Assembly (NCBI GenBank): GCA_051382335.1
Contig: JBBCAX010000281.1
Location: 1 to 31,128, forward strand
Length of the DNA stretch: 31,128 bases
From: Deltaproteobacteria bacterium TL4
GTDB taxonomy: Bacteria > SAR324 > NAC60-12
Direction of reading: 5' to 3'
Below are positions 1-8,939 of the stretch, one piece after another (position 1 is the stretch's first letter; each line of letters begins with the position of its first letter). Under the pieces are notes generated by a model. It saw only the letters and a list, made by a program, of their open reading frames with translations, was not told the origin of the DNA and did not search any database. The position numbers and the translations under genes are program-made.

Positions 1-343
1 ATGCCCCGGCCTTTATCAATCGAGATGAAAACGGTAGGCGGGGATTGCATGCCCCGGCCTTTATCAATCGAGATGAAAACGGTAGGCGGGGATTGCATGC
101 CCCGGCCTTTATCAATCGAGATGAAAATGGTAGGCGGGGATTGCATGCCCCGGCCTTTATCAATCGAGATGAAAACGGTAGGCGGGGATTGCATGCCCCG
201 GCCTTTATCAATCGAGATGAAAACGGTAGGCGGGGATTGCATGCCCCGGCCTTTATCAATCGAAATGAAAACGGTAGGCGGGGATTGCATGCCCCGCCCT
301 TTATCAATCGAGATGAAAACGGTAGGCGGGGATTGCATGCCCC
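1..343 (+). repeat. 48-bp tandem repeat array (7 full copies plus a partial; may extend beyond the window start), each unit carrying a GTAG-type REP-like palindrome
   Basis: Unit ATGCCCCGGCCTTTATCAATCGAGATGAAAACGGTAGGCGGGGATTGC starts at 1, 49, 97, 145, 193, 241 and 289 with single substitutions. Unit junctions read GTAG-GCGGGG-ATTGCATG-CCCCG(G/C)C, a GTAG tetramer followed by a hairpin. Confidence 0.92.
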
Positions 344-492
344 ACCCCAATGATGACATAACCTATGTTACACAAAGGAATCCCGGATCGATGGGCAGGA
401 GGCCAATCGTTTATTACAAAAAAAGTTCGAGAATTCAAAACCTATCAGTTCATAATTTGGAGAATGCAGAGAAAAATATGAATATCCCCAAC

Positions 493-530
493 CTCTCTGT
501 GCCTCTGTTCCTCTGTGGCTGAACAGTTAC
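493..530. repeat. Short CTCTGTNN octamer repeat ending in GCTGAACAGTTAC; probable half of a small dispersed repeat element
   Basis: ctctgtgc-ctctgttc-ctctgtgg at 495-518, followed by ctgaacagttac. Confidence 0.4.
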
Positions 531-565
531 TCCCGTTTTAAGGGAGCGGTGGCCTGGATTGGGAG

Positions 566-934
566 TCAACTTGGGTTGGCTTTCATTTCCCTGAGAAGAT
601 GGCTTAAGGTGTTCAGGCAATTCTGAGCAGAAGGAAAAGACGCATTGTGTTTCAAGGCGTCTTTCCAGGCGAGATGAGCCTCTTTATATTGATGTAAATG
701 TGCGTGGATTTTTCCACGCAACGTATGAAATTCAGCCTGTGACTCATAGAGTGACAGGGCTTGCTCAAGGGTATTCAACGCTTGAGTCCATTCCGACTGT
801 CGCGCTTGTGCTACCGCATAATTGTAATATAAAAACGCGTTATTTCGGATTTCCAAAAGAGGTTGGAGATCCGTTTTGCATCGGGAGCAAATAGCATTTT
901 CTCTATAAGGTGCGCGACAGACAGGACACTTCAT
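566..934 (-). CDS. Zn-ribbon plus TPR protein (last gene of the Hsp70 operon)
   Basis: N-terminal CPVC..CSRC motif, then TPR-like helices (YYNYAVAQARQSEWTQALNTLEQAL; AEFHTLRGKIHAHLHQYKEAHLAWKDAL); 5 nt downstream of hsp70. Confidence 0.82.
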   Translation of the reverse strand: MKCPVCRAPYRENAICSRCKTDLQPLLEIRNNAFLYYNYAVAQARQSEWTQALNTLEQALSLYESQAEFHTLRGKIHAHLHQYKEAHLAWKDALKHNASFPSAQNCLNTLSHLLREMKANPS

Positions 935-939
935 TGAAT

Positions 940-2685
940 TTACTGCTCCAGATAATAGACAACATCCGATAATTCTTCCACCACTTGTCCCATTTTTTCC
1001 ATATTTTTCAGACGATAGGCTGCCTCCAAATCAGTCATCAGCTGTTGTAAATCTTCTGATTCATTTTCATCTTCAATGCTGGTGAGGAGTTTTTGCGCAC
1101 GGTCATATAGATTTTGATGTTCAGGAGAAAACTGATATTCCTGGTTTTCTTTTTCGGATTGAGGCGATCGGGTTTCCCATAATTCCTCAATCCGATCCTG
1201 AACCTTGACCATTTGGGGAGGGGACAATTTGGTATTTGTAGAGGAAATGGTCAAGGTCTCTTTTTTCCCAGAGGTACGGTCGTGGGCCGAAACTTGAAGA
1301 ATGCCATTGACGTCAAAATCGAAATGCACTTCAATCTGTAAAGAGTCCGCAGGTGCAGGAGGCAAGTCTCGGATCCAGATTTCTCCAAGCTGAATATTAC
1401 CGTCAGTGGTTGGTTGTTCCCCTTGATAGACATCCACCAGGATTCTATCCATGTTGTCGCTAGGATTAGAATAAACCTCTGAGCGGGAAACCGGAATTAC
1501 AGTATTTCGTGGAATAATGACACTGAAGTAATCAGGAATAAAGTTTGTGTGGTCATAGACGAGAGCCTTAACTCCAAGAGAATAGGGGGTAACGTCCACC
1601 AGGATGGAAGCGATGTCTTCTCCTGCCAAAATTCCAGCCTGGTAGGCGGCTCCCAAAGCAACACAAAGATCCGGATCGATTTCGTCATAAATGGTCTTTC
1701 CCAGATGCTGTTCTAACAGTTTACGGACCATAGGAATCCGGGTCGACCCTCCCGCCAAAACGACTCGATCAATCTCGTCCGGTTTGAGATGTGCGTCTTC
1801 TAACGCCCGATCTATGGAATGCAGCGTTGACTCCAACTGAGATTCGATGAGCATTTCAAAATTTTCACGGCTTATGGTGGTAGATAGATGCAGGGGTTCT
1901 GTCCCCTTTTTTGATAAAAACTCTTCTCTGACATCAACAAACACATAACTGGACAGTTTAATTTTTGTTTGTTCAGCAACGCGTTCCAGACGATTCATAG
2001 CGCGAGGATCGTTGCGAAGATCCACGCCATTTTGGGATTCAAATTCCTGGACTAATAGATTTTGCAGTTTTCGATCAAAATCATCTCCGCCTAACATGTT
2101 GTTGCCATGACTTGCCAAGACTTCTGTCACATCATCAGAAATTTCGACAATGGAAACATCAAAGGTTCCTCCTCCCAGATCATAAACCAGAACCTTCTCC
2201 GGAACTTCGGACTGCAGATTGTAAACCATCGCCGCGGCTGTCGGTTCGTTGAGAATACGAACCACTTCTAACCCCGCCAATTCTCCTGCTTGTTTGGTGG
2301 CTTGCCGTTGCGCATCGCTAAAATAGGCGGGCACCGTAATCACCGCTTTGCTGAGAGTCTCTCCTACTGCGGCTTCAGCCTGCGCTTTGAGCGTTTTTAG
2401 AATGATGGATGAAATTTCTGTGGCGGAAAATCTTTGATCGTTCAATTGAAATTGATGGTCTGTTCCCATTCTGCGTTTTACCGATTTCACTGTTGAATCA
2501 GGACTTGCCGCATATTGACGTAACGCTTCGTCTCCAACCAATAATTTTCCTTCAGGTGAAATGCCGACGACCGAAGGGATGAGTTTCAGTCCATTTTCAT
2601 TCTCTAAAATAACCGCGGTTCCGTTCTGAACGATAGCAACTGATGAATTGGTTGTACCCAAGTCAATTCCAATGATTTTTTCCAT
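940..2685 (-). CDS. Hsp70-family chaperone (non-canonical DnaK paralogue)
   Basis: Motifs GIDLGTTNS, VITVPAYF, NEPTAAA, YDLGGGTFDVS, LGGDDFD, LAGGSTRIP, linker ILVDVTPYSLG, substrate-binding domain VYQGE and FDFDVNGIL; 581 aa with a short lid. Confidence 0.95.
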   Translation of the reverse strand: MEKIIGIDLGTTNSSVAIVQNGTAVILENENGLKLIPSVVGISPEGKLLVGDEALRQYAASPDSTVKSVKRRMGTDHQFQLNDQRFSATEISSIILKTLKAQAEAAVGETLSKAVITVPAYFSDAQRQATKQAGELAGLEVVRILNEPTAAAMVYNLQSEVPEKVLVYDLGGGTFDVSIVEISDDVTEVLASHGNNMLGGDDFDRKLQNLLVQEFESQNGVDLRNDPRAMNRLERVAEQTKIKLSSYVFVDVREEFLSKKGTEPLHLSTTISRENFEMLIESQLESTLHSIDRALEDAHLKPDEIDRVVLAGGSTRIPMVRKLLEQHLGKTIYDEIDPDLCVALGAAYQAGILAGEDIASILVDVTPYSLGVKALVYDHTNFIPDYFSVIIPRNTVIPVSRSEVYSNPSDNMDRILVDVYQGEQPTTDGNIQLGEIWIRDLPPAPADSLQIEVHFDFDVNGILQVSAHDRTSGKKETLTISSTNTKLSPPQMVKVQDRIEELWETRSPQSEKENQEYQFSPEHQNLYDRAQKLLTSIEDENESEDLQQLMTDLEAAYRLKNMEKMGQVVEELSDVVYYLEQ

Positions 2686-2692
2686 AAGGCCT

Positions 2693-3436
2693 TTAATTTG
2701 TAATAGTTGTTCTGGGTTTTATTGTCACAATCACTTCACTGGATCGTAAGAGTATGCCTTTCCACAGGTAGCCACGTAAAACTTCCGCATGAACCCGATA
2801 GGTCTCTTCTTCTTTGGAGACAATATGTTGACCCACAGCCATCATCGTTGCAGGATCAAAAACTTTTCCCACCACCATACAGGGGGAGAGACCATGAGGC
2901 TCCAACCATTTCCAAAATCGTTCACGGACCGCACTTAATCCGTTGGCAGATCCTTCGAGCATTTCTCCTAATTGCGTATAGGCTTTTTTACCAAACCAAG
3001 GAACCGATTGGGCATGGTACTCCTGATGCGCTTTTTCCCAATGTTGAATCGCAAAATCCAGACTATCCAAGGCAGGTAAGGCGTTTTCAATGAGCCGTTT
3101 CATTTCCTGTTCTTTTTGCGCGTGAAGCACGTTTTTGATGTTTTCTTTGGTCGCCTCGATTTCTTGCTGTCGCTGGTTTTCTTCTTGTTTTAACAATTGA
3201 TGAAACGCTTCGATTTCCTCCAGTGCTTTTTCCAGGGAAACTTGAGTGTTGTGCTGGATTTTGTTTTGATTTTTTAATTCCTGTTTGAGCGCAATCCATT
3301 CTCCCATGAGCGAAAATACATCAAATTTTTCCTGAGGATTTGGAGAGACAGGCGCATTGGGATCCAGTTCTAACGGTAATTCGTCAATACGGATAGATTC
3401 TTGAAAACACTTAAACGCATCAAGGACAGCTTGCAT
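2693..3436 (-). CDS. grpE: GrpE-like nucleotide exchange factor
   Basis: Long coiled coil, then LPALDSL, GKVFDPATMMAV and EVLRGYLWKGILLRSSEVIV (GrpE C-terminal beta domain); adjacent to hsp70. Confidence 0.85.
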   Translation of the reverse strand: MQAVLDAFKCFQESIRIDELPLELDPNAPVSPNPQEKFDVFSLMGEWIALKQELKNQNKIQHNTQVSLEKALEEIEAFHQLLKQEENQRQQEIEATKENIKNVLHAQKEQEMKRLIENALPALDSLDFAIQHWEKAHQEYHAQSVPWFGKKAYTQLGEMLEGSANGLSAVRERFWKWLEPHGLSPCMVVGKVFDPATMMAVGQHIVSKEEETYRVHAEVLRGYLWKGILLRSSEVIVTIKPRTTITN

Positions 3437-3451
3437 AGAGATCAGATAGGG

Positions 3452-3757
3452 CTAAAAAGTGATTTTAATAAATTGGTTAATCGAGACTTCATTTTGTTTT
3501 TTTTGAGCATTCTGTAAAACTTCCAAGGGCTCAGGGATTTCTTGTTTTTCCAAGGAAAGCTGATGCAATCCACCCACCTTTTTAGAAGTCGGAACTTCCT
3601 GTTGTAAGGTTTCATAAGCCTTTCGGATCCTTTTGAAAGCTTCAGGCTCTTTATCTGGTGGAAACTGTTTTATTTTTGAGAAGTAGGCCTTCTTGATTGC
3701 TGCCAGATCCGCCTCTTCAGAAATTTCCAGGACGTGATAGGGATTTTCACTCATCAT
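3452..3757 (-). CDS. Small J-domain protein with a degenerate HPD motif
   Basis: NPYHVLEISEEADLAAIKKAYFSKIKQFPPDKEPEAFKRIRKAYETL; ATG at 3757 is preceded by AAGGA. Confidence 0.85.
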   Translation of the reverse strand: MMSENPYHVLEISEEADLAAIKKAYFSKIKQFPPDKEPEAFKRIRKAYETLQQEVPTSKKVGGLHQLSLEKQEIPEPLEVLQNAQKKQNEVSINQFIKITF

Positions 3758-3784
3758 CTTTTTCCTTTTCAAAATCGAAAATTT

Positions 3785-6370
3785 TTACTTCTTATGGGCC
3801 ATTTGCTCCAGCATACGGAGGAGATCAGGCGGCATCCCCATTTTCTTCGCCAAAAATTTTGCCCGCTCGGGATCTTCCAGAATAGTAGACAGCAACTCCA
3901 TCTGAAACGACGTACTCTTGAGTAGTTCAGGATCCTCCATCAAAGCGCCCATGAAATCTTCAAAATCCATATCAAATTCTTCTTCGTCAAAGTCCTCGTC
4001 ATCAAAGTCCTCGTCGTCTTCTTCAAAGAGCGAGCGCGCCAATTCTCCAAAAATATCTGCATTCACGCCCCCAAACTTTGACCTTCCTTGTCCAAAGGGG
4101 TTTCCAAACATTCGATTGAGTCCTCCTCCAAATAAACCACCCAATCCGCTTTGGGGACCGTAAGAATACGCATCATTCAATTGAGCCAGTTTTTCTTTCA
4201 AATTGAACAGTTCAAAGAGTTTTTCATCTTGGAGCTTCTTGGTGATTTCAAAGCCTTTTTGATGGTAGGCTTCTTTTTTATTAAAAGTCAGCGGCAACGT
4301 TGACGCAGCCCAAAGCAATGAGGGGTGCTCGGGTTCTTTTTGCAGTAGTTCTAATATTTCCTTCAGACAGCGATCGTTATACCCCCAAATGAGCCAGAAT
4401 CGCTGTAGTGCGACCAGGGTATCAATCTGATGATCGGTGGTATTGAGCAGCGTTTTAAGAAGGTCTTTGAAATCTTTGGGAACCTTGTTCTGTGTTCCAA
4501 GACATTGAACCAGAGCAAGTAACGCATTGGGATTTGTCGCGATGCGGGATTCCAATTCCTTTCTGAGGTAGGTGAGAAGACGTTTATGGGTTGGAGTTTT
4601 TTTATAAAAGTCGAAAGCAATCAGGTAGTATTTTAAAAGTTCTATTCGGTCTTTTTCGTTTTTGAGGGGTTCTAACTTTTCCTGGAGCGCGCCAAGAGAA
4701 AGCGTACAGTCCATTTTATTTTTGGAGTTCCATTGTGATTTGTCAGAAGAGTCCAAAAATAATTGTACCGCGTCAATCAGAAGATGACGTTCCTCTTTTA
4801 GTTCCTTAAGGACCTTTTCCAAATGGTGAAGTTTCCCTTTGGACTGGGCGAAGTAAAGCTTGGTTTCAATTTCAAACGCGGAAACAGGGAGATCATTCCG
4901 GGACTTTCCCTGTATTTTGCGCCATTGATATAGTTTTTCACTTTGATTTGACTGGCTATAAATTTTACGCAGATTCTCATAAATTTTGTCAGATATTGGA
5001 AACCCTGATTCCAAGGCTTTTTCATAATCGATTCCAGCCTTTTTAAGATCGTTCACAGCAAAAGCCTCAAAGCCCTCCAACAATTGAACTACTGGAGATT
5101 CGGGAGCTTTATCGTGAGCTTTTTTGGCTTCTGTTCGGGCTCGAAGTAAATGTCCTGAGTTGTAATAATGAAGTGCCAGGTATCCGTAGAGTTCTCCCAA
5201 TGTGAAATTGGCTTGTTGCGGAGACCAATAATTTTGATCTTTGGTAAGCTCAATCTGAAGCAGACGTTCCGCTGTTTTCACCCATTGGGGAAAGGCCTCA
5301 AAGCCAGCACTCCAACCTTGAACAACTACATTTTTGTGATGGAGCCAGTCATTGGGGTGGAGTTGGAGCGACTTATCGAAAAATATTTTAGCGCAATCAT
5401 ATTCCTTATGTTCAAAAGCCTCTTGTGCCGCTAAGCGATAAATGGAGCGTTCCAATGCTACTCTAAAGGGAAGTTTGGAGAACTCACGGGTATGCTCTTC
5501 TATAAAATGAGCAGCATCATGGTGGCTTTTTTTAGCCAGCGCGTTTTCAAGTTCTTTAAGGAACCGTTCCTGGACAGGACTTCGTTTATTGAGCTGAGGG
5601 AGGTAGTTTTGTGCGTGACGCAAGGCGTCAGGGGCTGAGGTTCGGTTATGAGCATGGAGCCACAGCCATCCCTTTACAGTGGAATCGGTAAGTGCCTGAA
5701 TTAGGGACTGAGCCTTCTCCTGCTGACCTTCTTCAATGAAACTGTACGCTTGCCACGCCTTAAGGAAGGCCTGTTTTTCAGCATCATGCTCCAGTTTCAG
5801 GTGGGCCTGCTCAAAATAGGCGGAGGCTTCAGCGGCGTTGCCTTTTTTCAGGGCTAATACGCCTTTTGCCCATTCAACTTCCTCTTGGGCAAAGCGATGA
5901 GCTTTTTGCGTGAGGAGCCGTTGCACCTCGTCCAATTGCTCTTCGATTAAGAGCAATTTCAACAAAAGGCCTGCGTCTTTTTGAGGAAGCGACTCCTGAT
6001 CAAAATTTTGCTGTATCAAGTCTTTTGCTTCCTTTTCCTGATTCAGCTTGACGTAACATTTCGCAATCAGAGAAAACGATTCGTCGCTTTCTGAAAATTG
6101 TTGGTGAGCCTGCTTCAGATCAGCCAAAGCGTTTTGATAATTATTCCGTTCAATATTCCATTTCCCTCTTACCAGCAGAAGCTGTTTCAGCTCATGCTGG
6201 ATATCTGCTTTGGGATTGCACTTTCGAATATTATCGATTTCCTCCTTGGCTTTTAGATGTTTTCCTTCATTGAGATACTGTCCTGCCTGAAGACGATGTT
6301 GTGCTTCGCGCTCAGGAGTAAACACCATTTTATTTGCGGCATTTTGCCGCATTCGTTTAGTTTTTTTCAT
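3785..6370 (-). CDS. Large TPR-repeat protein with a Gly-rich and acidic C-terminal tail (first gene of the Hsp70 operon)
   Basis: 861-aa helical ORF with TPR-like segments (RGKWNIERNNYQNALADLKQA; AKGVLALKKGNAAEASAYFEQA); C-terminal GLGGLFGGG and EEDDEDFDDEDFDEEEF. Confidence 0.8.
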   Translation of the reverse strand: MKKTKRMRQNAANKMVFTPEREAQHRLQAGQYLNEGKHLKAKEEIDNIRKCNPKADIQHELKQLLLVRGKWNIERNNYQNALADLKQAHQQFSESDESFSLIAKCYVKLNQEKEAKDLIQQNFDQESLPQKDAGLLLKLLLIEEQLDEVQRLLTQKAHRFAQEEVEWAKGVLALKKGNAAEASAYFEQAHLKLEHDAEKQAFLKAWQAYSFIEEGQQEKAQSLIQALTDSTVKGWLWLHAHNRTSAPDALRHAQNYLPQLNKRSPVQERFLKELENALAKKSHHDAAHFIEEHTREFSKLPFRVALERSIYRLAAQEAFEHKEYDCAKIFFDKSLQLHPNDWLHHKNVVVQGWSAGFEAFPQWVKTAERLLQIELTKDQNYWSPQQANFTLGELYGYLALHYYNSGHLLRARTEAKKAHDKAPESPVVQLLEGFEAFAVNDLKKAGIDYEKALESGFPISDKIYENLRKIYSQSNQSEKLYQWRKIQGKSRNDLPVSAFEIETKLYFAQSKGKLHHLEKVLKELKEERHLLIDAVQLFLDSSDKSQWNSKNKMDCTLSLGALQEKLEPLKNEKDRIELLKYYLIAFDFYKKTPTHKRLLTYLRKELESRIATNPNALLALVQCLGTQNKVPKDFKDLLKTLLNTTDHQIDTLVALQRFWLIWGYNDRCLKEILELLQKEPEHPSLLWAASTLPLTFNKKEAYHQKGFEITKKLQDEKLFELFNLKEKLAQLNDAYSYGPQSGLGGLFGGGLNRMFGNPFGQGRSKFGGVNADIFGELARSLFEEDDEDFDDEDFDEEEFDMDFEDFMGALMEDPELLKSTSFQMELLSTILEDPERAKFLAKKMGMPPDLLRMLEQMAHKK

Positions 6371-6480
6371 GGCTAGCCACTAAAAAAGAGAACAGGCGAT
6401 TATAAGGAAATCGAAAAACAAAGGCTTAACGAATAGTTGTAACTGAAGGGAATGTCAATATAATTCACTCTCATTGAGGT

Positions 6481-7128
6481 CTATAAATCAAGGCGCTTTC
6501 GCAAGATTTTAAGCACCTCCTGGTGTATTTCATCAATGCGTTGCTCTCCATTTATTTTCACAAAACGATCAGGATTGAGTTCCATTAAGCGGTCAAAGCC
6601 TTCAGAAACTCTTTGAAAAAAGCTCACAGTTTCTGCGTCTATTCTACTTTCCTGAGCCAGAGAATGGTCCTGAACTTTTCTCAAACGCAAACGCTCCGCA
6701 GCAAGCTCTTTTGAAATTTTAATATAAAGGGTCAAGTCCGGAGAAACCGGTGCGATCCATTGGTTTACAATGGATTCTATTCCGCCTAAATCCAACTGTC
6801 TTCCGAAGCCTTGATACGCTACGGTAGAGTCATGATAACGATCACATAAGACCATCGTGCCTTGTTGTTTGGCCGGAAGAATGACCTCATGCAGGTGTTG
6901 AATTCGATCGGCAAGATAAAGTAAAAGTTCACTCTGAGGGCAAAGTTCCCGACTGTCAGGATTGAGTAATAGGGAGCGAATCTGTTTTCCAATTAACGTT
7001 CCTCCCGGCTCACGTGTGGTCAACACGGAATACCCTTGCTGTTTCAACCATTCTGAGGCATGGAGTAACTGAGTTGTTTTTCCGCACCCATCAATGCCTT
7101 CAAAGGTAATAAATAAGCCTGTGTTCAT
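6481..7128 (-). CDS. tmk: Thymidylate kinase
   Basis: FITFEGIDGCGKTTQ P-loop, TREPGGT, ELLLYLADR, CDRYHDSTVAYQG; likely start is ATG 7128. Confidence 0.96.
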   Translation of the reverse strand: MNTGLFITFEGIDGCGKTTQLLHASEWLKQQGYSVLTTREPGGTLIGKQIRSLLLNPDSRELCPQSELLLYLADRIQHLHEVILPAKQQGTMVLCDRYHDSTVAYQGFGRQLDLGGIESIVNQWIAPVSPDLTLYIKISKELAAERLRLRKVQDHSLAQESRIDAETVSFFQRVSEGFDRLMELNPDRFVKINGEQRIDEIHQEVLKILRKRLDL

Positions 7129-7405
7129 AAATTTATTTTCTTGAAAAATATAGGGTTTAAAGCTTCTCACCACTTGAGAGATGAGGTTCTGCTCTTCTTG
7201 TTAGTTAAACAGGTTTTATGATCAGAAATGAAAAGCCAAGGTAGGAATATTATGCTTTTATCTTGGAACCCTCTCCACTCTCTGGTAACTCATGGTAAAT
7301 GTTTTATGTCAACTATTTTCAATGCCGACATAAAATAGGCGTTTGACTGGGTCTCCGTTTTTCGTAAAGTCCTCAAAAAACGAACCGTTTCCCCGTTCAA
7401 AGTTG

Positions 7406-7510
7406 TATAGCTGTCCAGGAAAGTTTTTTCCCTGGGAGCGAGGGCCTCTTGCCCTCACCGGAGGGCGGGACGCCCTCGCTCCCAGGACAAAACTTATCTT
7501 GAGCACTATA
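7406..7510. mobile_element. MITE/REP-like palindromic element with TATAG...CTATA ends
   Basis: Core hairpin CCTGGGAGCGAGGGC...GCCCTCGCTCCCAGG (7431-7486) inside imperfect inverted flanks (tatagctgtccaggaaagttttttcc / ggacaaaacttatcttgagcactata); related copy at 28651-28729. Confidence 0.7.
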
Positions 7511-7589
7511 TCTGAATTGCTGATTCCTATTTCGTAATAGTGAATAGTTATTATATTTTATGATAAACCCCAAGTTTAATGGAGGGATT

Positions 7590-8117
7590 GTGAAACAATT
7601 TTTTTCTTTACTATTAGTCCTGAGTGTGATGCTTTTTGCCCACACGTCAGCGTTTGCAATCAAAATTGGAGTAGTGAATTTAAATCAAGCACTTAATGAA
7701 TCAGAAACGGGCATCCGTTATAAGCATGTTCTTGAGACCGAAAGTCGTCAGAAGCAAGAGGCGTTAAAACTGGAAGAAGAAGATCTCAGAAAACTGGCTG
7801 ATGACATCCAAAACAATCCTTTACTCAGTCCCGATTCAAAACGTCAAAAAGAACAAGACTTCAAAGAACGACAATCGAATTTGCGAGAAAAAGTCCGGTC
7901 CATCGAGCAAGAGTTACGAGCCAAAGAACGTCAATTTACAGAAGAAGTTTTTAAAGAACTCAAAAGTGCGATTCGTACTGTCGCGATGAAAAACAAATAT
8001 GACTTGGTCTTGGAAAAAAACGCATCGGAAATCATTCTTTATATGAAAGAAGAAAAGACCGACTTCACTCAAGAAGTGATTGATTACTACAATCAGCTTA
8101 AAAGTGAAAAAAAGTAA
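7590..8117 (+). CDS. skp: OmpH/Skp periplasmic chaperone
   Basis: Signal peptide, KIGVVNLNQAL, long coiled coil, AIRTVAMKNKYDLVLEK...DFTQEVI; GTG start after GGAGG. Confidence 0.9.
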   Translation: MKQFFSLLLVLSVMLFAHTSAFAIKIGVVNLNQALNESETGIRYKHVLETESRQKQEALKLEEEDLRKLADDIQNNPLLSPDSKRQKEQDFKERQSNLREKVRSIEQELRAKERQFTEEVFKELKSAIRTVAMKNKYDLVLEKNASEIILYMKEEKTDFTQEVIDYYNQLKSEKK

Positions 8118-8146
8118 GCTTTCTCCTTCAATCTCTATGGTTTCCT

Positions 8147-8587
8147 ATGCTTGAATTTCAAGAAATCAAAAAAATGTTACCGCATCGCTACCCTTTTCTC
8201 ATGATTGATCGGGTTTTGGAAGTGGTCCCTCAGTCCTCGTGTAAGGCTCTCAAAAATGTTACAGGGAATGAGCCTTTCTTTGAAGGTCATTTCCCTGGTA
8301 ACCCGATCATGCCTGGGGTTTTGATTGTCGAAGCCATCGCTCAAACCGCAGGGATTGTGATTTGTTACCAATCTGATAACCTCCATAATACAAAGATGGT
8401 CTTATTCGGAGGTATAGAAAAGGCACGTTTTAAAAAACCAGTCATTCCTGGAGATCAGCTCCTATTGGAAGTAGAGTTGCTCCATCAACGCAGTCAGTTA
8501 TGGATTTTCAAAGGAACCGCCAAAGTTGATGGAAAGATTGTGGTTCAAGCGGAAGTCAAACTTATGGGGATTTCCACAGAGGTTTAA
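8147..8587 (+). CDS. fabZ: 3-hydroxyacyl-ACP dehydratase
   Basis: LPHRYPFLMIDRV, KNVTGNEPFFEGHFPGNPIMPGVLIVEAIAQ, ARFKKPVIPGDQL. Confidence 0.97.
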   Translation: MLEFQEIKKMLPHRYPFLMIDRVLEVVPQSSCKALKNVTGNEPFFEGHFPGNPIMPGVLIVEAIAQTAGIVICYQSDNLHNTKMVLFGGIEKARFKKPVIPGDQLLLEVELLHQRSQLWIFKGTAKVDGKIVVQAEVKLMGISTEV

Positions 8588-8613
8588 CAACTCAACCTTA
8601 TCGTTCAAGGCTT

Positions 8614-8898
8614 ATGTTTACTGAAAAAGACGTTAATAAAATTGCAGAATTGTCTCAGTTGAAACTCACAGGACAAGAAAAAGCAGTGTTTCCCAAACAG
8701 TTTTCTTCGATCTTGGCTTATTTTGAAATCTTAAATTCGGCTGCGGTGCCAACGGCGTCAGGTGACAGGGACGAAAGTCAGATGCAAATAGCTCGAAAGG
8801 ACCAAACTCAGAAATCGCCGGTAACCCCGAAATCCTTTAGTCCTTATTTGGAAGAGACTTATTTTAAAGTTCCTAAAGTTATTGAACAGGCAAGTTAA
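8614..8898 (+). CDS. gatC: Asp/Glu-tRNA amidotransferase subunit C
   Basis: DVNKIAELSQLKL...ILAYFEILN...RKD...YFKVPKVIE; 94 aa. Confidence 0.85.
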   Translation: MFTEKDVNKIAELSQLKLTGQEKAVFPKQFSSILAYFEILNSAAVPTASGDRDESQMQIARKDQTQKSPVTPKSFSPYLEETYFKVPKVIEQAS

Positions 8899-8939
8899 GT
8901 AACTAACTGATAACGGCTAACCAATATGTGCGAAAGCAT

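Noticed and set aside
1..343. CRISPR array
   Set aside because: Units are contiguous and near-identical with no unique spacers; no cas genes in the window.
1..522. ORFs 1..522 and 45..353 with 16-aa repeats
   Set aside because: By-product of a 48-bp repeat (a multiple of 3) that is stop-free in these frames; two overlapping frames are open and there is no protein signature.
940..2685. Calling this gene the housekeeping dnaK
   Set aside because: Short lid, divergent linker and substrate-binding domain, and atypical partner genes suggest a paralogue, so the symbol is withheld.
7309..7663. Short ORFs between tmk and skp
   Set aside because: They run through the palindromic element and the divergent promoter region, with no protein motifs.
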